Shown: positions 11,844-25,356 of the stretch, piece by piece | How positions within the stretch are numbered: position 1 is the first letter of the stretch | Layout of the letters: each line of letters opens with the position of its first letter | Source: Hormiphora californensis | Lineage: Eukaryota; Animalia; Ctenophora | DNA length: 64,000 nt | Reading direction: 5' to 3' | Assembly (NCBI GenBank): GCA_020137815.1 | Contig: CM035359.1 | Location: 4,526,001-4,590,000 of the forward strand | Translations under genes and position numbers: made by a program | Notes under the pieces: generated by a model | What the model saw: the letters and a program-made list of their open reading frames with translations, nothing else | What the model was told of the DNA's origin: nothing | The model's database searches: none

Positions 11844-14800
11844 ATGGTGCGGGTTTACTATGGAGATCATTTTGAGCATCCTTCTACACACGAACACCTG
11901 ACTACACCAGAAACTGTAGCCAAGTTCGCCAACCTCTTTCTCAGCTTTATTTTATTGGTGAGTAAACACCACGTCAAGTGTTATAGAATCTCATCACTTA
12001 TCTTCACACTCCACAGTGTGCTATTTCAAATTTTTTTCGATTAGGCCATTCAGTATCTAGCTAATGTGAAACTATGGACAATTCTCTATCACATCAGCAA
12101 AACAGAATCGGGATAGTGTTTGTCAGTTACGTTGGCATCGCGATTTAAAAAGTGTAGTTTTAACCGAAAAATGGTAGAAACAGAAAAATATGTGTGATTT
12201 TCACCAGTTTTTGACATGTTCTTGATATCAACTTTTTATGGTCAGGATTGTGTTCAGCACGTCGAAACTGACAGGAATTGATATGCATCATTAAATGATG
12301 CTAAAGTTCATTTTTGACCTAAAAATGTTCATTTTTGACAAAAAATGTTCATTTTGGACAAAAAATGTTCATTTTGGACATCTTCTTCAATTTTGAGAGC
12401 TTTTTCATGAACGGGATCGTGTTCCACAGGCCAAAATTAGTCGATTACAACCGAAATTTGCTTTCCACCAAGAAAAAACTAAAAAAATTAAAATTTGTCC
12501 CCACGATTCTGCAAGTTGGTAAAATTAGCAAGAAAAAAAAGGGAGAAAAACTTTTATTTTTGTTCATAAAGTGGATATCTGAAGGCTCAAACTGGAAGTA
12601 ACAGTTGTATAAGTTGTCACGAGACGATTTATATGTGTGTTTTGTTCGAAATAACGCCCTAAAACAGACTTTTTGAAATGAATATGCCCATATATGGGCA
12701 TAGCTCGTGCCAACGTAATTGGGCCATGGTAGAGCCAAAACTTTGTGATAAAATGTTTTAGAATGATCGTAGGAGCTCATTTAACCCGATACCAAGTGAA
12801 ATTTTGAATTAAATTAGGCATTTGAAAAAATAGCACACCCCCCAAGTCCCCACACCTTCTAACCCCGGCCCCCACTCTCCCCACTTTCCCTCCAGATGTC
12901 GGGTATTATATAGCCCACTGACCACTCCCTCCCCTCCTAACCCCCACTCTCTCACCCCATCTCTCTCCACACTCCCACACCCCTCCTAACCCCCACTCTC
13001 TCATCCCTCCTAACCCCCACTCTCTTATCTTATCTCTCTCCACACTCCCTCACCCCTCCTAACCCCCACTCTCTCATCCCTCCTAACCCCCACTCCCCAA
13101 CCCCTCCTTACCCCCACTCTCTCACCCCATCTCTCTCCAGATGTCAGGTATAGCAGCTGTGGTTGTCGGTATTTGGCTGGGCAGTGAAGCTAACGAATAT
13201 AACTACTTCATCTCAGCTAGCGGTTAGTTAGTTATTTAATTAGTTGATCAGTTAATTAGTTAATTTCACGTTTGGTTAAAATTAGTTTCGTGAAATCAAA
13301 ACCCCGTTCTGAACCATACTTATTCAACCCTGCAGCCCCCCCCCCCTTGTTGACTTGTCACCCCTTACTCAACAGCCCGCCCCCGCCCCCCCCCCTTGTT
13401 GACTTGTCACCCCTTACTCAACAGCCCCCCCCCCCTTGTTGACTTGTCACCCCTTACTCAACAGCTCCCCCCCCCCCTTGTTGACTTGTCACCCCTTACT
13501 CAACAGCCCGCCCCCCCCCCCCTTGTTGACTTGTCACCCCTTACTCAACAGCCCCCCCTTGACCCTTGTTGACTTGTCACCCCTTACTCAACAGCCCGCC
13601 TCCCCAGGTTTGACCCCATCTGTACTACTGATAGTGTTTGGTATTGTACTGTTCATGTTCAGTTCAGTGGCGTGCTGTGCAACCGCCCGGCATTCTGGAT
13701 TCTTGTTGGGCATGGTGAGTTGTAAGGGGGGGGGTGCATTCTGGATTCTTGTTGGGCATGGTGAGTTGTAAAGGGGGGGGGGGGGTGGTGGGCGGGGTGG
13801 GGGCGGGGGATACAATTAACGATATGTACCGAACAATTCAGAACACATATGAAGTCCTTCTTTATGACAGACACAGGGCCATACCCCTGGTTACGAAGTC
13901 ACTCCTATTATTGCTCCGTGAGCTTGCGCAGAGGGGTTATTTCATTACCGAGCCAAATTACCCCGTGTTAATTCAAATCAGTTCGGCTGGGGTACCCCGG
14001 GGTACTCGCCCTCACTTTCACACAGCCATCTCTTTTAGGTCGTTGTTACTATGTTCCTGTTGATTTGTGCAGAGGTGGTGGGAACAACATATGCCTTCAG
14101 CTACCGAGATACGGTAAGAGTTGACTATATTAGTGTTTGTTTGACTGTTTGAACCCCTATTAGGGGTCCCCTAATTACCCATTTCCAAAAACCCCCGCAA
14201 CTGTCATGTCCCCGCTAAACTCCCGGCACTTGTCGAGTAATTAACCCCAACTCCCCTCCCCCAATTCACAGTTCAAGGAGGAGGTGACAAACGAGACACT
14301 AGCGAAGATAGCGGGTTACAGTAGACCCGGTTGGGAGGACAATTCAACTGAGGTGTTCGATAGAATACAGGCTGACGTGAGTATATTACAGTCGGACCCC
14401 GATTTAACGGCCCTCGATTTAACGGCACCTGCCGATTTAACGGCAGCATAATTTTCCCCCGATTTAATATAGCGGACACCCCGATTTAATGGACAAAACC
14501 CTTTCCCCCGAGAGTGCCGTTAAATCGGGGTCCGACTGTATTATTATGATTATGAGGTGCAAAGATATGGCATACATTTGGCATACATTTTAAAATTTTA
14601 AAGCTATTCCTTCTTTTGTTCAAACTGCACGGAGAGAGTTCTGTATTATAAAAGTGAAGTGCCCGACCCTCACAATTTGATATCTCAATTTATATTTTAT
14701 CGGACGGTACAACATTATAACTCCTCCTCGACAGTTGGAATGTTGTGGAGTTTCAATTGGACCTACCGACTGGGCTAAATCTACTAACGCATCTGTACCC

Positions 14801-15266
14801 TCTCTGGCTACCTACTGGGTTCTAACCCACACCAATGATGTCCCTGATTCGTGTTGTGTGAAAAACAGCACAAATTGTGGGCTGACCATGGCGGATACTA
14901 CTGGAGATACTATCTTCAAAGAAGTGGGTACTATCTGTCTATCTGTCTTTCATGATTACAATAACTCTCCTCTCACCAGGGCTGTGTTGACGCCTTGTTT
15001 GATTGGTTTGATGAAAAAATGATCATTTTCGTGGCTGTCATTGTGGTCCTCTTGATTTTACAGGTTTGAACATGTTTGGTTTTCTAAAAAGATTCAGAAT
15101 TAAATAAATACATCCCCGTCCAATACCCCCAACCCCCTCGACTTGATGCAGAAGATAAAGCCTTTTCCATATATCCTGATGAAACCCAATATTTTCCAAC
15201 TACTTTCAGTTGATGAACGTGTGCGGGATGTACATGTGGAGACGTTGCATTGTTCATGGTTTCTAA
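11844..15266 (+). CDS. Tetraspanin paralog 3, complete, ~270 aa, 8 exons
   Basis: Exons 11844-11957, 13141-13222, 13608-13714, 14039-14113, 14272-14376, 14735-14923, 14980-15063, 15210-15266. Motifs ACCA, LECCG, VPDSCC, EGC. Confidence 0.9.
12014..12840. mobile_element. hAT-like MITE, diverged copy of 46742-47562
   Basis: Colinear similarity over ~800 bp; ends gtgtgcta / tagcacac. Confidence 0.75.
13334..13600. repeat. Intronic minisatellite (ttgttgacttgtcaccccttactcaacag + polyC) abutting an acceptor
   Basis: About 6 units ending just before exon 13608. Confidence 0.85.
14389..14538. mobile_element. Short MITE family A copy
   Basis: Perfect TIRs and TA flanks. Confidence 0.85.
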
Positions 15267-15502
15267 CTACAACTCCTCGCATCTTACTGCTACCATGACA
15301 ACTATTTTAATTGGTTCAACGGGGCCTGTTTGCCCTTCAAGGTCCTCTCCTTTGTGAAAGAATTAGGGCTAGAACTCTCAGAGTGGAGCCCCCTGCTGCT
15401 CCAACCCATAGAAACTGTAGCCCCTTTTTGTGGTATATGACCCAACCTACCCATTGAATTGTTATTAATTTAGAGGACTCCATACTGGGCGGGCCAGAGA
15501 GA

Positions 15503-15587
<85 letters not shown>

Positions 15588-15999
15588 TAGAGCTCTATCT
15601 CTTTCGCTATAGCTCTCTCCTCTCTCTCTCCTCTCTCGCTCTCTCTCTCGCTCTCGCTCTCTCTCCTCTTGCCTCTCGCTCTTCTCTCTCTCCTCTCCCT
15701 CTCCCACTCTTCTCTCTCTCTCTCTCTCTCCTCTCTCTCGTCTCTCTTTCCATCCTACCTCCGCCCTCCCCTCGGCCATCGCTCCCCCCTTCTCTCTCTC
15801 CCTCCCTTCAGTTTTTTTTTTCTCTGTTCATTATACTGCAGAGCTACGCACAGCTTTTTACATAAAGCTCAATTGTGATGGTCCACATTTTCGCCACAGC
15901 TGTCTTTTTATAAACTAATTATTAAACGCATTGGATATGTTTTTAACTAATTAATTAATTAATTAATTAACTAATACATCAATTAAATCCTCGTATTGT

Positions 16000-17189
16000 T
16001 TAAATAACGGCACAGTGAGATCGGCATTTGTTCAGTTTAACGGTCTCGCAGTCGTGGTTACTGGCACAAGGAGTGTAGTTCTTATCTCCATCATCCAGAT
16101 AGCACCATTCACCACATCGGGCGCATGTGGTACTGAAAGTAATGAGAGTTAGGGGCATGTGCCACAGTTATAAGGGAGCGGGGGTATAGACTATAGGGAG
16201 TAATGAAATAACATGAGTTAGGGGCTGTGCCACAGTTATAAGGGAGTGGGGGTATAGACTATAGGGAGTACTGAAATAACAGGAGTTATAGGGGCATGTG
16301 CCACAGTTATAAGGGAGCGGGGGTATAGACTATAGGGAGTAATGAAATAACAGGAGTTATAGGGCATGTGCCACACTTATAAGGCAGCGGATTACGGGGG
16401 CCCGGATGAGATGCCCATACCAGAAGGGAGCGGGGTGGGTGATAGGGAGTTTATAGGTGCTGTACCATATGGCACATGTGGGGCGGGCCATATAGGGAGT
16501 AGGTTGTTTTGTTCAAACCCGCGGTCGGCGGTGTGCTGGAAAACAGGGTCGAGCAAAGCAAGGAAGTAGGAATTGTTTTGTTGAAACCCGCGTTATGCGG
16601 GAAAACAGGGTCGAGCAAGGCAAGGGAGTAGGTATAAGGGTAGCACCAAACTAATTCTATATACCTGTCAGGAGTAAGAGCATCAATAACATCGTGTCCA
16701 TCGTGAATGTCTCCATTGCTCATCTCATCGATGATGTCCTTAATCCTGTGAGAGAGCGAGGTGTGGGTTAAGATAGGGATAGTGGATAGTGGAGGGGAGG
16801 GAGGTGGGTTAAGATAGGGATAGTGGAGGGGAGACTAGACGTGTCCTAATCTTCCACTCACCACTGGATAATTGAGAGTTATGGAAGGTTTAGGGGGGGG
16901 GGGGGACTTTTAAGTAAATGGGGAAGGGTTAGTGGGGGAAGTTTATGACAGAAATTGAATAGTCACGATCATGACAGGTAATCGAGGTTAAACGTCCTTC
17001 AGGAGTACCGCGACAGGTTATCGTTTCACCATTTTCATAGGTAGAAATCTGTCACATTAGATTTTCTAGGAAAGTCAGAGCATTGGCCTGGCCCTGACAG
17101 CTCTCTAAAAGGATTTTAATAATTGCGTATGCAAAATACGAATGGTGCTGGAGCTGAAAAGCCACCCAGTCATACCACGTCTAATACAC

Positions 17190-17224
<35 letters not shown>

Positions 17225-19346
17225 CACATGTGTGTCTGTTCGTTTATCTGTCTAGTGTAGCGAGGGAGTTTACACCCCAGAGAGGAGGCTAGAGAGGGAT
17301 GGATTTAAGCTGCTTTCTCCAAGACAACGCCATTATAGTGGAGCTCAACCAACTTGAGAGAGAGAGATGTAAAATAATGGAGAGACCTATAATGTTGGAG
17401 TCAAAGACTTTTACACGTACTGTTTTTCTACTGAATGACCGTGTGTCTGCTGTGTTTCTGATCCTGACCTATCTGAATAGCCAGCTGATCATGTGGTTAT
17501 TTCTGTTCTCCATTTTATTGCCACCCATAGTGGCCCCTGCAACGGAAGGTGAGTTTGTTGTACTGTAAAGTAGGTGTAGGTACTAACGGGTTTGGTGACA
17601 TTGACACCTGATTGAGATCTCACATCTATATTATTCGCGGAGCGAGAACAGGTTGCAATGGATCCAACTAACAGGTGGCATCTAAAAATTGTCCCAATTT
17701 AAAACAGCTGTAGAATTTTTCCCTTTTGAAATACAGCTTCAGGCAGAGCTAATCCTGAATGGCCACTTAATTCATTTAACCAATTTCATCTAATTTCAGT
17801 TAAATGGCACCGAAGATTGGGACATACTAAATTCACGTTTGATCTGGAGAGCACTCCTCTTCAAATCAAGACGAACTCTACCGTGGGGAGTGATGATGCA
17901 ATGCGTGTGTACATTTACAGTACAGATGAAAGTTTGAGAGGAGTCAAAGTGAGGTTCAAATCACCTATACAATACCAAATGATATCCTGCAGCATATTGA
18001 GTTGGACCAAATTCCCTGTACAACCACCAGAGGAGGTGGACAAGACGTGGACATTCCGAAAAACGAACACCACCTTCATATGACTATAAGTTCAGCGACA
18101 GTAGTAATAGTAGCTGTGTATCAAAGTGTCATTTCCCAGCTATTTCCAAGCCATTTCCCATGGTCATTTCCAAATCATTACTATTAGTGCCGAGTAATCC
18201 CATTCGGATAGACATCATATCATCTGGCACTATAGTGGTTAACAAAGATATTGCATAGCCGTTTTGAATAACCTTTCTGGCGCCGCCCACCCCATCTGAG
18301 TGCACTATCGAGAATCAAATGGGGTATGGCGCCGCCATACAGTGAATAACTAATTGCAGCCAGAATCTGGATCGTCTGCCTATCACGGGAAGGAATTATT
18401 GCATGTTGGAACTCAGGTAACTAGACGACCCAGCATTTCTCAGGAGTGTGTCGCCATGGTAACCATACATTTTAGAGGGCGTTACTGCTTGCTAATGATA
18501 CCCATCAATTTCGTGCGGGTCTCTCCACCTGCTGCTCCCTTGACCACAGACAGAGATCCCTACCCCATTAATACTTTGTAAATTATTCTGTCAAAGATTT
18601 TCTCACGCGATTCGATTATATATTCTCTACTAAGATCTTTAATAGCTTTTTGTGCATATATATCAGCTACATTTCGAGCGACTCAAATCATATATTTTGA
18701 TTCTTTGTGGCCAGTTATCTAGTTCTATTTAACAGTTATGTTGTCTCAGAAATGAAGTAATCTCTTACTCTTTCAATGCTTGGGATTTACTTCTTTAAAA
18801 ACTTACGTGCAAATTCCGTTGCACTGAGACCAGCAGAGGTTTTTCCAGCATCCGTAGGAGCAGCCAGTGTCAGGGTTGCAGAGACTACCTGGAAATAAAA
18901 AAACGGGGATTAAGAGGCTACCTGGAAATAACTGGAAATCAAAAGACGGATTTTATTAAACTTCAAGAGAGTCATGGTTAAAGAAAATGCATAATAGGGT
19001 GTCAGCTGATTCTAAGAAGGTAAAACTAAATTCTTTGAAAAGAAAATTTGTAATTTGTAGCTTTACTTCAACTTGTCAAAGCTCTGTGCAGGGGAATTAA
19101 TCTCTACATTGCACGACGTGCTAAAATCCCAAATCTTTGTTTAAAATTTTGGGACTGTAAGAACTGTCAAAAGTCTAGGGTCTGGCGCCGTTAAAAACTG
19201 TAATTGTAATAGCTTGTTTGTTAAAACAGCTGGGGCGCGAACAGGGAGATTCGAACTGTACCTGAGAAATAGCAGTTCCCAGACCAGTCAGCCTGCTGGG
19301 TGGACACAACCACTAGAACCAGGGACAAGATAGCAACACACTTCAT
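16000..19346 (-). CDS. Small secreted cysteine-rich protein, 126 aa, Tha p 2-like Cys pattern
   Basis: Exons 19346-19262, 18888-18807, 16745-16665, 16132-16000 are phase-consistent (381 nt). Product: MKCVAILSLVLVVVSTQQADWSGNCYFSGSLCNPDTGCSYGCWKNLCWSQCNGICTIKDIIDEMSNGDIHDGHDVIDALTPDSTTCARCGEWCYLDDGDKNYTPCASNHDCETVKLNKCRSHCAVI*. Confidence 0.85.
17491..18083 (+). pseudogene. Truncated secreted-protein gene with a ctenophore-type FDLESTPLQIKT...PVQPPEEVDKTWT domain, nested in an intron
   Basis: Signal-peptide exon 17491-17548 (MWLFLFSILLPPIVAPATE, gtgagt) splices in frame to 17800-18083. It stops abruptly at KTNTTFI*, apparently mid-domain. Confidence 0.6.
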
Positions 19347-19388
19347 ATCAAGAGAGATGATGATTATCTAAATCTCCAACTCGACCTC

Positions 19389-19394
19389 TTTATA
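19389..19394 (-). promoter_or_regulatory. Candidate TATA box of the Cys-rich gene
   Basis: TATAAA on the minus strand ~45 bp upstream of ATG 19346. Confidence 0.45.
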
Positions 19395-20232
19395 CCCTGC
19401 TGGGTGCAACACCTGGTGGGCGGGATGGTTAGTTAGTGGCGGGGATTTAGTGTCCAACCGTCTAGGTAGTGGTGGGGTGAAATGGAGCGTTTCACACTTC
19501 TACATACCATCTGGAGATTGGTAATTTCAGCAATTTTACTAATATCTAGATGTTAATTTACTAAATTCGTTCACTCGTTTTAAACCGTCTGTCCCAAACT
19601 ATACCTGGGCCTGCCTGGCCAAGTGAACCTGCTCTTTTACTTTCTCTATAATATATTTCTTACACTTTCTCTCTACCTATAGGCCTATTCCGGGCCGTGC
19701 CGACCTTTCTCTCTCTCTCTCTCTCTCTCTTCTGTCTTCTTTTTTCTATCTCTCTCTCTATCTCTCTCCCATCTGTCTCTTCACTTCTCTAAGAATTAGA
19801 GCAACACTTGCTAATTCTGACACCACGTCCATCATCATGTGCCCTAATTCGTGTCCATCGAAATTGTCACGTATCATTAACTATAATTATAGGAACTGCC
19901 AGGCATCTCAGTGACACTAAAAAACATGATAAGAATAAAAAGTTGGTAAAGAAACAAACTCGATGAGCTCCTGGGGTTGTCCTTCCATCTCTCAATAATC
20001 CAGCTAGGGAGCATTCATGTCATGGATATAATTTTGTTAGGGAACAACAACAGGGAGACGGACGCTAGATCTAACGCCTAAGTCTAATTGAACTCTAAAT
20101 ATAATACTTAGAGTCCACTTTTTGCTCAAAATATGCAGGGAGGACTCTATGTCTAACAAGTCTAAAATAAGGGGACTCTCTGTCTACTAAGTCTAAAACA
20201 AGGGGACGCTAAGTCTAAGAAATAACGGCAGT

Positions 20233-20295
20233 CTAGAAAGACGCTATATGGGTTCAAAGTTGTGGGTCACCTGTGACCCAATCGTCTCCAAAGGG
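20233..20295. mobile_element. Terminal fragment of the piggyBac-like element at 40152-41033
   Basis: Reverse complement of ~40152-40215; ends aaaggg followed by TTAA. Confidence 0.75.
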
Positions 20296-20530
20296 TTAAG
20301 TCTAAAATCGTAGATTGCGATCGATCGTTTCCGGCCGGGAACGAGAGTTCGCTGTGCTCCCTAACCGGTCCAGAATGGTTAGGGTTGTTGTTTGGAGGCG
20401 AGGTTAGGGTTAGGGTATTGGGTTGGGATTAGGTATATTTAGACCTAGAGTCTGGGGACTCTTTGTCTAACACATGAGTATGGAGGACTCTATGTCTACC
20501 AAGTCTAACACAGGGGGACTCTTTGTCTAA

Positions 20531-20817
20531 CGCATTAGTTAGTAGTAGGTCGGAACGATGCCGTGGTGCTGATCTCCTATTACGAATGGCGTTCAGCGAC
20601 GGTCCATTTTTGGTACAGATTTCTCTGCAGCATAGCTCGAGCGCCACCCCAAGCAGGCAACCTTATTGGTTAGATATGCACCGTCTTTGCGAAACTCTCG
20701 AAAGAGCCTCTACCAATCATAGCTTGGCGGTCTAGGTGGCATTGCGCTAGTCCAGGCCCGAACCTGTGACCTAGCGCATGGAAGGCGAGTGCACTGGCCA
20801 CTACACCACCCTGCCAC
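20531..20817 (-). mobile_element. tRNA(Gly-like)-derived SINE
   Basis: Minus strand begins GGCAGGGTGGTGTAGTGGCCAGTGCACTCGCCTTCCATGCG...GGTTCGGGCC (A and B boxes) and has a ctactactaacta tail. Flanked by cagggggactctttgtctaa direct repeats. Confidence 0.65.
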
Positions 20818-21372
20818 CAGGGGGACTCTTTGTCTAAAAAATTGTGCTAAGTCTAAAAAATCCGGACTCTATGTCTTAGAGTCCGCCTTTTTTTAGACCT
20901 GGAGTCCGTTAGACTTAGAATCCGCGACCCGTCTATGCGAATATTTCCAAACTCCAGTGAACCAAGTTGCATAATTATTCTTTCATCTATTCTCGCTTCT
21001 TTCACCTTTCTATATTTTTTTCTCTCATGTAATAAGGCCCTGGTGTCAGGCGTATGCAAATTTGATAAGCATACTGCAGAAGTCGGGTGTCTTTCCGCAA
21101 AAATCTCTTGCTGTCTCTCTCTCACTTATCCCTGACTATCTCTCTCTCGCTATATATAACTGATACTATCTCTATCTCTCGAGATCTCGTCTATATAGAG
21201 GAGTAGAGAGAGTATAGATCGAGCGCGCGGCGCGAGAAGAGGAGATGAAGAGAGAGAGAGCTAGATAGCGAGAAGAGAGCGCGAGACGAGAGAGAGAGGA
21301 GGAGGAGATAGAGATAGCGAGAGAGCAGTAGAGAGAGAGAGGAGAGATAGCGAGAGAGAGCGCGAGAGAGCG

Positions 21373-21516
<144 letters not shown>

Positions 21517-21750
21517 CCTCTCTCTCTCATTCTCTATCTCTCTCTATCTATGGCCCACCCATTATGTTTGTGCAAGTGGGCAAATTTACGATTCACTTCC
21601 TATTTTCATTCTCATGTTGATTGTGCGTTGTGTCTCACTCTACTGCCAGCTGAAAACGTCTCTCTTATGTTTTCAAAGTTGAGTTGTTTGTGATGTTTAC
21701 CAAAAGACGAAAGTTGCAGAAATGCAGAAATGCAGAAACCATTAACTATG

Positions 21751-22508
21751 TAACGGGTGACAACTAAAAATTGTCCCTAATTCAAAACGGCTGTATAAAT
21801 TTTTTCTTTTGAGATACAGCTTCGGGCTAGTGATAGAACGATTTTTCAGACAATTTTGAATCGGAATAACATACCGGCAGAGTCTAAAAATTTCATTTTC
21901 ATTTCGATATCGCATCATTTCCTCTTGTCCCTCCAAAGCATGTAGTACGGAGATTTGAAATTTCTATGTTATCATAAACGACCTTCCCGATGAGATAGAA
22001 TTCTCAAAATTGGAAGTCTAGTCGTTCATGCCATAACCAACATAACTGCCAAGTTTGAAAATTTCAGTTCATTAGGAAGTTGGTTTTCCGCGTCATTGAT
22101 GTTTCAAGAGATTGTCGAAATGGCGATTTCTCAAATTACCTGTAAACACTGCTTTGTTACAGAAGATTCTGATCAGGAAATTGAGATCAACGGAGTTTGA
22201 AAAAGTTAATTTCGTTCAAAATTGTCTGAAAAATCATTCTGTCGCTATCTCGAAGCTGTATCTCAAACAGAACAGGCGCTAGAGGTGCTAGAAGATTGTG
22301 TAGATTTCACGTACTTCATGCTTTGGTGGGGCAAGAGGAAATGATGCGATATCGCAATGAAAATGAACTTTTTAGTCTTCGCCGTTATGTTATTCCGATT
22401 TAAAATTGTCTGAAAAATCGTTCTATCGCTGGCCCGAAGCTGTATCTCAAAAGGGAAAAATTCTACAGCCGTTTTAAATTAGGGACAATTTTTAGTTGTC
22501 ACCCGTTA
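21751..22508. mobile_element. Foldback MITE (TIR taacgggtgacaactaaaaattgtccc); fragment also at ~17670-17745
   Basis: About 200-bp imperfect inverted arms. Confidence 0.8.
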
Positions 22509-24109
22509 TCATAACTGTGTATGAGTAATTAGAGTAAGTAAGTAAGTCAAGTCAAGTCAAGTAATTAGATTTACACGTGTCACACCTGATAACTTCCGGC
22601 TTCCGGTGGCACCAATTATTTCGTGTATTATCGACCCTTGGCCTTCTCCGCTTTCACTCTGCTAGAAAATTGAAGAAGGGTCTGGGAAAATTGGATGAGG
22701 GTGTATTACTTTGTCTAGGCCTAGGTACTTTGTTTCTCAACAATCTGTGTCGTATTCAACAATATGTGTTGATTCAAACAAAGCCTGTCTTGTGGCGCCC
22801 ACCTGGTCTGAGGGTACGCTCAGATCGGTAATTGCCTAGCTAAACTGTGTAAAGGAGGGTTAGAACATAACAAATCGGTAACATATCAGGCAGAGCTGAT
22901 TCTATATAATATTGTCGACACTTGTGTATTTTATCCTAAACCAGGGGCGCCGGGGCGGGGCATTATTTGGAGCAGGTGGCAAATTGGGTGTTATACCATG
23001 TGTGTATTAGTCCATACACCCAATTAGCGGCCAATTAGCGGGCAATTATAGGGCAATTAACTCTGTTTAATACATATAGATGTCCTATTTAACAAGGTTC
23101 CAATCTAAACAGGAAGTGTTTTACTACTTCCAAAACAAGGTCTACTATACGCGGACCGGCAGACAGAACACTGTCAACTTTTGAATCGCTTTGAAAGGGC
23201 CCATATTCTTTCCGTTTGCATCTCATATATGCCGATGATTTGTACTACCATGTCAAGCGTTGACCACTGTTCTGAGATGTTCGACCCATTGGGAGAGGTA
23301 ACCACACATCTTCACACAACCATGAGAGGTATAACCACATTATTCATTGCAGTGCTTACAGCACCGATATGAGAGGCGCAGACTCTTCTTCTTCTTCTTC
23401 TGAGCAGCTGGTATGTTGCCAGTCCGTACTAAGGATCCGACAGGGGCGCAGACGCGGCAGATCTAAAACTCTCCCTCTAAGCAACTGGTATAGTAGGTCT
23501 GTAATTGTCTATTATATGTCTATGTATTAGTTATACGATCATTTGGGGAAGGGGAGGGGGCTAATTAAAAGTCTATCGGCCAATATCAGCTGGTACCGAT
23601 GGAAGCTTTTTAGGGCTGAACCCCTCCCCTCATGTCTCATGTAGTATCTGATGATAGACCTGTTGTGTATCGTCAAGTACTGTACTGTAATGCAGATTTA
23701 CGAAGGTGTTAGTAAAGATTCCTATGATAGATAAATTTCTATAGCATGCATACCTCTTTGTTCTTTATAATAGAGCTGCTTTGAGCTATCATCGAGTAAC
23801 CTATAACAGCAGCTTTGCATAATATTATTCTGTTTCCCGCGTCCTCTATGTGTAAAGGAAATAGCAACAGCAATTGATCTCGCATTGTGCAGGAGATCAT
23901 GACATTTGGTATGATTTGAATCACTCTAGGTATGGCATGATTAGAAATTTGAAGGGTTAATTATACATCCTACCACATTTGATATAGCCTATATGTTCAA
24001 TATATGAAAATCTCTCATCCCTTTGATATGCGTCTAGTATTGTGCACTATACCAAATCACTAGAGTCTATCCCTATATGCCCCACCACTTGATGAGGTGA
24101 TCACAGACA

Positions 24110-24421
24110 CCCGCCTTGTCCTCCAAATTACACCGTTTTATCGATCTTCACTCTTCAGTACTGCACACGCCTTGTCCTCCAAATTACACCGTTTTATCGA
24201 GCTCATTTTCATTCTCCAGTACTGCACCCGCCTTGTCCTCCAAATTACACCGTTTTATCGAGCTCATCTTCACTCTCCAGTATAACCACTTTACTGCACC
24301 CGCCTTGTCCTCCAAATTACACCGTTTTATCGAGCTCATAGCTTCACTCTACAGTACTGCACACGCCTTGTCCTCCAAATTACACCGTTTTTTGTCGAGC
24401 TCACCTCCACTCTCCAGTACT
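24110..24421. repeat. Minisatellite, ~57-65-bp unit x5
   Basis: Repeated cgccttgtcctccaaattacaccgtttt. Confidence 0.85.
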
Positions 24422-24512
24422 GCTACAGGGTGGTTTAGAAACATGGAGCAACTTTGATATAACTAATGTGTCCAGTACTAACCATTATACTGCACACGCT
24501 CTACCTATAATA

Positions 24513-24680
24513 TGGGGAAAACAGTCGTGCCTGAGCCTCAGGCTATTTTTCACTGAGATTTCCTGGGTTTCAGTGACGGCTATTCGCTTAAATCTAAGGG
24601 AATAGCCGTCACTGAAACCTGAGATCTCATATCCGAGTGGAAAATAGCGGTGGCCTGAACCTGAGGTTCAGACACGACTC
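24513..24680. mobile_element. MITE family B (ggggaaaacagtcgtgcctga TIR); copies at ~30355-30565, 42338-42566, 63864-63919
   Basis: Shared TIR acagtcgtgcc / ggcacgactgt and internal aatagccgt repeats. Confidence 0.75.
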
Positions 24681-25246
24681 CCCCCCCCCCCTATGACAAT
24701 GAATACTCCATGCACGTAGACTCTACGTGTACTGTAGAGCTCCAATTGTGCGGCTAGTGAAGTATAGGCTCTGCACCTGTACTGTATTGTACGTGACGCA
24801 CGTGTCCATTTGGAATGTTCTAGAACAATGCAGTACCATGTCTTTGCTGCAATGCACTTGCAGTTATTATAGTAGTAGATAGCTACGGAAATATATCGAT
24901 GTTTTAAGCATGCCCTCTCAACTCTCTTGAGAGTAGAGAGGGCATGCTTACTGCAGACCACTAGAACGATTGTGTTATTGGTCTGTACCTACTATTATAT
25001 TTAACAGTTAATATGTTCATCTCTCTTCGCCTTTCTCTATAAAGATTCAATCTCTCTCTCTCTTTCTCTCTCCCTAGCTATTCTATACCTCTTTCCCTCT
25101 CACCCGTTGTCTAAAGAATACTTCTCTCCCCTCCTCCCACTTCCTACAATGCAACTTTCTATCGCATTACAACATATCTATACGTTTAGGAAGACTCAAT
25201 TCGTCTTTTTCCGTCTCCCCCCTCTCTCTCTCTCTATCTCTTTCTA

Positions 25247-25287
<41 letters not shown>

Positions 25288-25292
25288 TTCTA

Positions 25293-25356
<64 letters not shown>

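Noticed and set aside
20740-20817. Functional tRNA gene
   Set aside because: Acceptor and anticodon stems pair poorly and a SINE-like body follows.
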